64,000 nucleotides of DNA. Origin: Desulfobacterales bacterium (GTDB lineage Bacteria; Desulfobacterota; Desulfobacteria; Desulfobacterales; Desulfolunaceae). How positions within the stretch are numbered: the stretch's first letter is position 1; each line of letters begins with the position of its first letter. The notes beneath the pieces are model-generated. The model saw only the letters and a list, made by a program, of their open reading frames with translations. It ran no database searches and was not told the origin of the DNA. The position numbers and the translations under genes were made by a program. Location: contig JAKSCC010000189.1 of NCBI GenBank assembly GCA_022360815.1, positions 19,145 to 83,144 of the forward strand, in the 5' to 3' direction. Shown piece after piece: positions 52,557 through 60,256 of this stretch.

Positions 52557-53207
52557 ATGGATCGATCTTTGATTGATGGTGTGAAGGGGTTTTTGAGCCA
52601 GGAAGAGGGCGAAACACTTTACGAATTGGCCCTTGAAACCTGCAGCATGGGACCCTGTCTTGAAATTGGGAGTTATTGTGGGAAATCGACCCTCTGGCTT
52701 GGTTGGGCCTGCCAGGAAAGGGGGAGTGTCCTTTTTGCTGTGGATCACCACCGAGGCTCGGAAGAGCAGCAGAAAGGTGAGCTTTTTTTTGATGCAGAGG
52801 TGTGGAGTGAAGCGGATCAGGCCGTAGATACCTTTCGGCTTTTTCGCCAGGCTGTGGACCGAGCCCAACTTAACGACACGGTGGTTCCTGTGGTGGCACC
52901 TTCCACAGTGGCGGCCCGCTTTTGGTCTACCCCGCTTGCTTTGGTTTTCATTGATGGCGGCCACACCTATGCTGCGGCGTACAACGACTATGCCTGTTGG
53001 GCCCGCCATATTGTTCCCGGTGGGTACCTTTTAATACACGATATTTACGATAGCATCGAAGAAGGTGGCCAAGCCCCTCACCATGTTTTTAAGATGGCTC
53101 TTTCATCCGGTGAATATGAGTTTGTCGGGCGTAAAGGATCCCTGGGAATACTAAGACGCTATCCTGCCGGAGTGTTTCCGTCGGATCTTCCCGAAAAAGA
53201 TTATTGA
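52557..53207 (+). CDS. class I SAM-dependent methyltransferase (Methyltransf_24-like)
   Basis: LEIGSYCGKST, VDHHRGSEE, VFIDGGH, IHD. Confidence 0.85.
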   Translation: MDRSLIDGVKGFLSQEEGETLYELALETCSMGPCLEIGSYCGKSTLWLGWACQERGSVLFAVDHHRGSEEQQKGELFFDAEVWSEADQAVDTFRLFRQAVDRAQLNDTVVPVVAPSTVAARFWSTPLALVFIDGGHTYAAAYNDYACWARHIVPGGYLLIHDIYDSIEEGGQAPHHVFKMALSSGEYEFVGRKGSLGILRRYPAGVFPSDLPEKDY

Positions 53208-53489
53208 TTGGTGAGATTTGCCGTAACAGGCGTTTTTCCCAGTGCTTTTCCATATCTGTTGCCTCAAAAGTGACACTCTGATAGGATAAAAACCATGTTT
53301 TTTTGGGAGCGGTACTGTACACACCATAGCCGCTCCTGCCTTCCGGCCTTTCATCTTATCCTTTCTTCTTGTGATTCTGTTTTTTCCTCCACGCCTGTGG
53401 CCGGTTTTTTGATAATTCCACATCACAGCCCATAAGCACGTTTTGCTTCATCTTTTTTCATCTAAAAAATTGAACGACGAGGTGTCTCT

Positions 53490-53915
53490 ATGGTTGAGTT
53501 TATCTATGGCCTGCTTGAGAGCGTCGGTTTTGCCCACCCTTTACACCCTGGTCTGACCCATGTGCCCATGGGCCTTGTTATGGGGGCTATTATCTTTCGT
53601 GCTACTGCAATTTTTACCCCCATGACGCATCTGGCGCGCTCCGGTTACCATTGTGCTGTGGTGGCGCTTTTGGGGCATCCACCAACGGCCATTGCGGGGT
53701 GGATGGATTGGCAGTATCGCTACGATGGTGAGTGGGAGTTTCTTATTGGATTAAAGATCGTTTTGGCTGTGGTGCTGCTGGTGCTTCTTGTGGTGATAGT
53801 GATGATGGATGACCCGGAGAAGCCCAAGCTGGATTTGAAATCTTTTCTCTATCTGCTGGCGCTGCTGACGGTTGTGGGGCTGGGTTTTTCTGGTGGAGAG
53901 CTTATTTATGGTTAA
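53490..53915 (+). CDS. DUF2231-like membrane protein
   Basis: HPLHPGLTHVP N-terminus, four hydrophobic segments, C-terminal GGELIYG. Confidence 0.75.
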   Translation: MVEFIYGLLESVGFAHPLHPGLTHVPMGLVMGAIIFRATAIFTPMTHLARSGYHCAVVALLGHPPTAIAGWMDWQYRYDGEWEFLIGLKIVLAVVLLVLLVVIVMMDDPEKPKLDLKSFLYLLALLTVVGLGFSGGELIYG

Positions 53916-53925
53916 TGGAGGTCCC

Positions 53926-54468
53926 ATGAAAAAGGGGTTTCAGGTTGTTGTGCTGTTGTTTTTTGTGGGCGTCTTCTCTTCTTTGGGGCTGGCAATGGAG
54001 TACAGCCATACCCTTGAAGATGGCCCTGTTGCCTTTAGCTGGCGTGTGGATGGCGAGCTGCTTCATGTGAAATTGAGAGGCGAAACCACCGGTTGGGTGG
54101 CGGTGGGGTTTAATCCGGTGACGATGATGAAGGGAGGCAACTTCATCATGGGGTACGTGAAGAATGGAAAAGCCAAGGTGACAGATCATGTGGGCCACAC
54201 CGAAAGGGCTCATAAATCCGATAAGAAGAGTGGTGGGACCAACAATGCCACGGCGGTGTCTGGCACCGAGGCCGAGGGGGTAACGGAGATAGCCTTTACC
54301 ATGCCTCTGAACAGTGGGGAATCCGTGGATACGGTCATTGATCCGAAGGACATGACCACCGTTCTTTTAGGGGTCGGAGGCGGACGAGACAGTTTTCGTT
54401 CGGTTCACGCCTATAAGTCTGTTCACCAAGTGGATTTGATCACCGGTGCATCGGAGAAGGTGAAATGA
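53926..54468 (+). CDS. exported DOMON-domain protein
   Basis: Signal peptide; GWVAVGF..MKGG motif; C-terminal His. Confidence 0.85.
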   Translation: MKKGFQVVVLLFFVGVFSSLGLAMEYSHTLEDGPVAFSWRVDGELLHVKLRGETTGWVAVGFNPVTMMKGGNFIMGYVKNGKAKVTDHVGHTERAHKSDKKSGGTNNATAVSGTEAEGVTEIAFTMPLNSGESVDTVIDPKDMTTVLLGVGGGRDSFRSVHAYKSVHQVDLITGASEKVK

Positions 54469-55307
54469 GACAGGTGCTAGGGCTTCTTATTCTTGGCGGC
54501 CTTCTGACGTTTTGGGCCATCAATGTGTGGGCCCATGGTGGCGAAGTTCATGAAGAGGCTGCGGCAATAATAGAGGAGGAGACAGGCAAGGCAGAGCAGG
54601 TGGTGGTCGGGGTCAACGAGAAGCCTGGAGGGATGCTTAATACTGTGGGTCGCTGGCGAAATGAGAAAGGGGAGTCGGTGAGTCTCGATGAGCTTTTCTC
54701 CATTCCCACCCTTCTTGTTTTGGCCTACTATCATTGTCCCAAGTCTTGTAATGTCCTTCTGGCAGACCTAGCCTCTGCGGTGAAGTCTTTGGACCTTTTT
54801 CCCGATCTTGATTATCGGGTGGTGGCGGTGAGTGTCTCACTTGAAGAGACCCCGAAGGATGCCGCCACGGCCCAGACACAGTATTTCAACATCCTGGGGG
54901 CCGGTTACCCTGAGGCTGCCTGGCCTTTTTTGGTGGGCGATGAAGGGGGCATAAGGCGCCTGACAGACTCTTTGGGGTATCTTTATACGCGCAAAGGCCC
55001 CCACTCGTATGTGCATCCCAATGTGGCCATTGCTGTGGCTCCGGGAGGGAAGATTATTCGCTATATTTACGGCCCGGGCTTTTTAACCGCCGACTTGAAA
55101 AAAGGGGTGGAGGAAGCGACTGCAGGAACACCGGGAATCTCTATTCGTAAAGTGCTCACCTACTGTTTTGATTACGATCCCAAAAACAGGGTTTATGTGT
55201 TTAAAACGTTTCGGGTCATGGGTACTGGCATTGGTGCCATGGCCATTATGCTTCTGCTCTATCTTGTGGTGGCTCCCACTGTAAAACGACCTAAGCGCAG
55301 CGTATAA
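54465..55307 (+). CDS. SCO-family copper chaperone
   Basis: YYHCPKSC (CxxxC), YVHP, RYIYG, C-terminal TM; ATGA overlap with DOMON gene. Confidence 0.88.
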   Translation: MRQVLGLLILGGLLTFWAINVWAHGGEVHEEAAAIIEEETGKAEQVVVGVNEKPGGMLNTVGRWRNEKGESVSLDELFSIPTLLVLAYYHCPKSCNVLLADLASAVKSLDLFPDLDYRVVAVSVSLEETPKDAATAQTQYFNILGAGYPEAAWPFLVGDEGGIRRLTDSLGYLYTRKGPHSYVHPNVAIAVAPGGKIIRYIYGPGFLTADLKKGVEEATAGTPGISIRKVLTYCFDYDPKNRVYVFKTFRVMGTGIGAMAIMLLLYLVVAPTVKRPKRSV

Positions 55308-55353
55308 AGCGCCTGCTGTCTGCTTGCCTGCGCCATGGCGGAGACGACAGATT

Positions 55354-56988
55354 ATGACCAATGTTCCCTCTTTTTTTGAGACCCCTGCACCCGCACGGTT
55401 TACGGGTATTCTCTCCTGGCTCATTACCACAGATCACAAACGCATCGGGCTCATGTATCTTTTTGTGATTCTCTTTTGGTTTGTGGCGGCGATGTTTTTG
55501 GGAGGGGCTATTCGGCTGGAATTGATGTTTCGAGGCGAGACCCTCATGGGGGCAGAGTCGTACAATGCCCTTTTTACCCTCCATGGGGTAATTATGGTTT
55601 TTTTGTTTATCATCCCTGGAATTCCTGCCATATTCGGCAACTTTTTTCTTCCCATCCAGATTGGCACCGATGACGTCTTCTTTCCAAAATTGAACCTGCT
55701 CTCTTGGTATCTCTATGTGGCAGGAGGGCTTTTGGCCTTGGGCACTCTTTTTGTTGGCGGGCCGCCGGATACCGGTTGGACCTTCTATGTTCCCTTTAGC
55801 GTGGGAACCGGTTCCAACGTCTCTTTGGGAGTGTTTGCCGCTTTTGTTCTGGGCATGGCCAGTATGCTGACGGGTATCAATTTTGTAACCACCATCCACC
55901 GCATGAAAGATGCGAGGATGGGCTGGCTGCAGATGCCTCTTTTTACCTGGAGCCTTTACGCCACAAGCTGGGTGCAGATTTTGGCCACACCGGTGGTTTC
56001 CATCACGCTGCTTCTTATCATGGCCGAGCGGTTTTTGGGGATTGGTCTCTTTGATCCTGCAAGGGGTGGAGACCCCATTTTGTATCAGCACCTTTTCTGG
56101 ATGTACTCTCACCCGGCGGTTTACATCATGATTCTTCCCGGTATGGGGGTGATCTCTGAGATTATGCCGGTGTTTGCTCGAAAACCTATTTTTGGCTACA
56201 AGGCCATTGTCTTCTCCAGCCTGGGTATTGCCGTTGCCGGTTCTCTGGTATGGGCGCATCACATGTACACCAGCGGCATGAGCGATACGGCGGTTTTTGT
56301 CTTTTCCCTGCTCACCTTTATTGTGGCCATTCCGTCAGCTATTAAGGTGTTTTCTTGGGTCTCCACCCTTTACAAAGGGTCGATTCTCATGACGCCGCCC
56401 CTCTTTTTTGCCCTGTGCTTTATCTATCTCTTCTCTGTAGGAGGGCTGACCGGTCTGGTGTTGGGATCGGCCGGGGCTGATATCCATGTGCACGATACCT
56501 ATTTTGTGGTGGCCCATTTTCATTTCACCATGTTCGGGGGAACGGGGTTTGCCTTTTTTGCGGCCCTTCATCACTGGTGGCCCAAGATGTTTGGGCGCAT
56601 GTATGACTTCAAAAGGGCTTACTGGGCGGCTCTGATTCTTACGTTTGGGTTTATGCTTCACTATGTTCCCATGTTTATTTTGGGGCTTCAAGGAATGCCG
56701 CGGCGCTACTTTGATTACATCAAAGAGTATGAGACAGGCAATTTTGTGGCGGGCTTTGGTGCGGCTTTTATGCTGGTAGGGCTTCTTTTCATGTTTTGGA
56801 ATCTGTTTGTCTCCTTAAAAAGAGGGGCCAAGGCCCAAGCCGACCCCTGGGGAGGGACCACGCTGGAGTGGAAGGTTCCTTCACCCCCTCCCCTGCATAA
56901 TTTTATCAAAGACCCAGACATACTGGACTACCCGTACGATTTTTCTGAGGTGCTTGAAACCCATGGTCAGACAGGAGATACGCCATGA
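55354..56988 (+). CDS. coxA: heme-copper oxidase subunit I, type A2
   Basis: DHKRIG, LHG, GWTFY, WMYSHPAVY, WAHH, HFH, MPRR. Confidence 0.95.
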   Translation: MTNVPSFFETPAPARFTGILSWLITTDHKRIGLMYLFVILFWFVAAMFLGGAIRLELMFRGETLMGAESYNALFTLHGVIMVFLFIIPGIPAIFGNFFLPIQIGTDDVFFPKLNLLSWYLYVAGGLLALGTLFVGGPPDTGWTFYVPFSVGTGSNVSLGVFAAFVLGMASMLTGINFVTTIHRMKDARMGWLQMPLFTWSLYATSWVQILATPVVSITLLLIMAERFLGIGLFDPARGGDPILYQHLFWMYSHPAVYIMILPGMGVISEIMPVFARKPIFGYKAIVFSSLGIAVAGSLVWAHHMYTSGMSDTAVFVFSLLTFIVAIPSAIKVFSWVSTLYKGSILMTPPLFFALCFIYLFSVGGLTGLVLGSAGADIHVHDTYFVVAHFHFTMFGGTGFAFFAALHHWWPKMFGRMYDFKRAYWAALILTFGFMLHYVPMFILGLQGMPRRYFDYIKEYETGNFVAGFGAAFMLVGLLFMFWNLFVSLKRGAKAQADPWGGTTLEWKVPSPPPLHNFIKDPDILDYPYDFSEVLETHGQTGDTP

Positions 56989-57581
56989 AACAGGCTACGG
57001 ATGAAAGGGGAAAACGCCTGGGCATGTGGCTTTTTCTCTACACGGAGATCATTCTTTTCGGCGGGTTGTTTGTGCTTTATGCTGTCTATCTTTCGAAATT
57101 TGGCGAAGCGTTTATCTCTGCTGGAAAAGAGTTGGATCGTCTCTTTGGGACGGGCAATACTCTGATTCTTTTGGTGAGTAGTTTTGCCGTGGCGGCCTCC
57201 ATCACCGCTGTGCAAAGAGGAGAGAAGAGGCGTGCGGTCTGGCTGGTGGCCGGAGCTGTTGCCTGTGGGGCTCTTTTTTTGGTGAATAAGTACTTTGAGT
57301 GGGGGCACAAATTTGAGCTGGGTATCTATCCTGGCTCCGAGAATCTTTTAAAAAGTGAGCCCGGGCGCAACGTTTTTTTTGGCCTTTACTATGTTATTAC
57401 CGGCCTTCACGGTATTCATATTGTGATCGGGATGACCCTTCTTTTGGTGGCCATGGTGTTGATTCTTATGGGGCGTGTGAATGCAGAGCGCCATGTGGTC
57501 CTTGAAAATGCAGGGCTCTACTGGCACCTGGTGGATTTGATTTGGATTTTTATTTTTCCACTTTTTTACCTGATTCTTTAA
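56985..57581 (+). CDS. coxC: cytochrome c oxidase subunit III
   Basis: GMWLFLYTE, TGLHGIH, YWHLVDLIW. Confidence 0.93.
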   Translation: MKQATDERGKRLGMWLFLYTEIILFGGLFVLYAVYLSKFGEAFISAGKELDRLFGTGNTLILLVSSFAVAASITAVQRGEKRRAVWLVAGAVACGALFLVNKYFEWGHKFELGIYPGSENLLKSEPGRNVFFGLYYVITGLHGIHIVIGMTLLLVAMVLILMGRVNAERHVVLENAGLYWHLVDLIWIFIFPLFYLIL

Positions 57582-57595
57582 GAGAGGGAAGATGC

Positions 57596-57880
57596 ATGCA
57601 TATCGCTTCATACACACGTCTGTTCATCACACTGGTGGTGCTTTTCTTGCTCACGGCTGTCACGGTGGGAGCCTCCTATGTGGATTTTGGCGCACTCAAT
57701 GTGTGGGTGGCCCTTCTCATTGCTTCCACCAAAGCCTCCCTTGTGCTCATCTTTTTTATGCATATCGGCCAAGAAGGGCGGCTTATGGTCCTCTCTTTTT
57801 TAACCACACTTTTTTTTCTGGCCATCATGATCAGCTTCACCTTTTGGGACGTGGCTTTTCGAGGGAAGCTGGGCATATGA
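57596..57880 (+). CDS. coxD: cytochrome c oxidase subunit IV
   Basis: IASTKASLVLIFFMH, three TM segments. Confidence 0.88.
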   Translation: MHIASYTRLFITLVVLFLLTAVTVGASYVDFGALNVWVALLIASTKASLVLIFFMHIGQEGRLMVLSFLTTLFFLAIMISFTFWDVAFRGKLGI

Positions 57881-57922
57881 GAGAAGCCCGCGCAAAACGA
57901 GGCACACCCAAAGGAGGTTGCC

Positions 57923-58534
57923 ATGGCCGCTGATTTGAATCCTGTGGAGCTTGTGGACCGCTCCTTTTATTTTATCATCGGTTTCTCCTTTCTTTTTCTT
58001 TTTGCCATTACCGCTGTGATGATCTGGTTTGTGATTCGTTATCGTAGAAGTCGGAATCCTGTGCCTTCAGACATTCGAGGAAACGGCTGGCTGGAGCTTG
58101 CTTGGACGGTGATTCCCTCACTGATTGCCGTAGCCATGTTTGTTTCCGGGTGGCAGGCTTACATGGGGCTGCGCACTGTGCCAGACGGTGCCATGGAAAT
58201 TAAGGGGTATGCCCAGTCTTTTTCTTGGATTTTTGTCTATCCCAACGATGCAGAGACGGAAAATGAGTTGGTGGTTCCAGAAGGCGTTCCTATTAAGTTA
58301 ACCCTTACCTCTGAAGATGTTCTTCACAGCTTTTTTCTTCCATCTTTTCGAGTGAAAATCGATGCCGTAAAGGGCATGGAAACCCACGCTTGGTTTTTCC
58401 CTGAAAAGAGAGGGGAGTATGTGTTTCATTGCACAGAGTTTTGCGGTGTAGGACACTCCGACATGGATGGCATGCTGAAGATTCTTCCCCCCAAGGAGTA
58501 TGAAGCTTATCTGGAGACGTTGGAAGATGAGTGA
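57923..58534 (+). CDS. coxB: cytochrome c oxidase subunit II (CuA, no heme c domain)
   Basis: ELAWTVIP, DVLHSF, CTEFCGVGHSDM; no CxxCH. Confidence 0.93.
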   Translation: MAADLNPVELVDRSFYFIIGFSFLFLFAITAVMIWFVIRYRRSRNPVPSDIRGNGWLELAWTVIPSLIAVAMFVSGWQAYMGLRTVPDGAMEIKGYAQSFSWIFVYPNDAETENELVVPEGVPIKLTLTSEDVLHSFFLPSFRVKIDAVKGMETHAWFFPEKRGEYVFHCTEFCGVGHSDMDGMLKILPPKEYEAYLETLEDE

Positions 58535-59441
58535 TGGCAATGGCTTTTTGGCGTGGCGGCTGGAGAGACCAGAGCCTGCTCCACCTGGTGCTAAAAAGCC
58601 ACCCGGTCGTCTGGTCTCTTTTTTAAAGCTTTCAAAGATTGTTCTTTCTCTTCATATTGGAATGGCTGCAGCCGCAGGATGCCTTTTTCATTCGGATGGG
58701 CGTGTGCTTCAAGCCCTAATGCTTTGGCTGGGTGTGACCCTTGTCTCCATGGCCGGTGCCCTTTTTAACAACATCCAAGACCGTATGGATGATCGCCTTT
58801 TGGTTCGAACCCTCTGGCGTTTTGATATGATTGAGCGGGCTGGTATCGGCAGCCTGCTTAAAGGGGGGGGGCTTATGGCACTGGCGGGTCTTCTTCTTGT
58901 TTTGGATGCATCAGGAGGGATTCTGCCTCCCACTCTGGTGTTGGGGGGGCTCGTGGTTTACAATGGGGTCTATACACCCTTAAAACGGTTTAGCTCTCTG
59001 GCCCTTGTACCCGGAGCCCTTTGTGGGGTGCTGGCACTTCTCTCCGGCTGGACGGCTTCCGGAGGCTCCCTTTTGAGTCGGGGCGGGCTTTCTGCCGCAC
59101 TTGTGGTTGGGCTCTGGCAATTTCCTCACACCATGGTCCAAAATCTGAAGGATGCCGATGCTCTTCGAGATCACCCAAGGCCCTCCTTGCCGCGTCTATT
59201 CGACTCCTGGCAGCTCGCCCATGTGTCTCTTTTGTGGACCATGTTATACAATCTTTCTCTCTATCATCTTCTTTTTATTGAGACCTTCTCTTCATGGGCT
59301 TTGGCTCTTCTTTTTGCCAATGCGGGTTTTTTAACCCCTCTTTTTGCCCATACTCTTTTTGTATTGAAACGATTTCTCCTCTCTTTTCATCTCCTAAATA
59401 CCTCCCTGCTTGCCTTTTTTATCGCCCTGATGATTTCCTGA
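58527..59441 (+). CDS. ctaB: protoheme IX farnesyltransferase (heme O synthase)-like UbiA prenyltransferase
   Basis: NNIQDRMDD...RT, YNGVYTPLKR, WQFPH; last gene of oxidase operon. Confidence 0.78.
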   Translation: MSDGNGFLAWRLERPEPAPPGAKKPPGRLVSFLKLSKIVLSLHIGMAAAAGCLFHSDGRVLQALMLWLGVTLVSMAGALFNNIQDRMDDRLLVRTLWRFDMIERAGIGSLLKGGGLMALAGLLLVLDASGGILPPTLVLGGLVVYNGVYTPLKRFSSLALVPGALCGVLALLSGWTASGGSLLSRGGLSAALVVGLWQFPHTMVQNLKDADALRDHPRPSLPRLFDSWQLAHVSLLWTMLYNLSLYHLLFIETFSSWALALLFANAGFLTPLFAHTLFVLKRFLLSFHLLNTSLLAFFIALMIS

Positions 59442-59518
59442 TTTGCATTTTTATAAAAGATGGTGTGCCAATAAATCATATTGGTTATGGTGTGGTTTTT
59501 TAAATGAAAAAGCGTTGG

Positions 59519-59548
59519 TTGACATGGAATGTAGGGTTTGCTTAAAAT
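59519..59548 (+). promoter_or_regulatory. sigma70-type promoter
   Basis: TTGACA, 18-nt spacer, TAAAAT in AT-rich intergenic region. Confidence 0.55.
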
Positions 59549-59627
59549 TCTACAATTTTCTTTCTCAAGAGACATTTTATGAGCGAGAATTTTAACGCCG
59601 TAGCATTTATCATAAATTGAGGTGACC

Positions 59628-60230
59628 ATGAGTTACATCGATTCCTATGACCATGAATACATTGGGGCGCTGGGATACCTTCCCATCTATCGGCCTTTGG
59701 AGGTGATCGAAGGAGACAAATGGGGCGGTTACAACTTCAGTGCGACGCCCGACAATCTGATTTTAGGTGGGGGAAGTGGCGAGCACCCAGGGCTTATTGT
59801 CCACCGGCTTGATAGTGTGGTGGCCCGGTTCCTCTATGATCAGATGACCGATGCAGAAGAAGCCGGGGTTTCGGAAGCCGATCTCGATATTATAACCGAT
59901 CTCTCTTACTCCGAAGGGGTTTTTGAGTTTTGCGGCTGGACCATTCGGCAATATGCAAACCTGGCTCAAATGGCTGCGTGGGAGGGGTTTTCGACACCTT
60001 TAAGCGATGGTGAAGGGGTGGAAGGGTGGCTGAGTCGATCTATTGGGGAGTTGGTCTATTTTTCACTACCGGAGATGAACCCGGAGCAGAATCGTTTGGC
60101 AGAGCTATTTAACGATGTGAGCATCAACGCCACCATGCGAAATGTGGTTTGTACTCCTCCTGGGTATCCGCCTTGTGGAGGTCGCCGAGTGGTAGAGGGA
60201 GAGATTCTTTGGGGGGTGCATCGATTTTAG
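59628..60230 (+). CDS. hypothetical acidic protein
   Basis: ATG after GAGGTG; no recognised motif. Confidence 0.7.
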   Translation: MSYIDSYDHEYIGALGYLPIYRPLEVIEGDKWGGYNFSATPDNLILGGGSGEHPGLIVHRLDSVVARFLYDQMTDAEEAGVSEADLDIITDLSYSEGVFEFCGWTIRQYANLAQMAAWEGFSTPLSDGEGVEGWLSRSIGELVYFSLPEMNPEQNRLAELFNDVSINATMRNVVCTPPGYPPCGGRRVVEGEILWGVHRF

Positions 60231-60256
60231 TGCTTGGGTTATACATGAGGGAGAAG

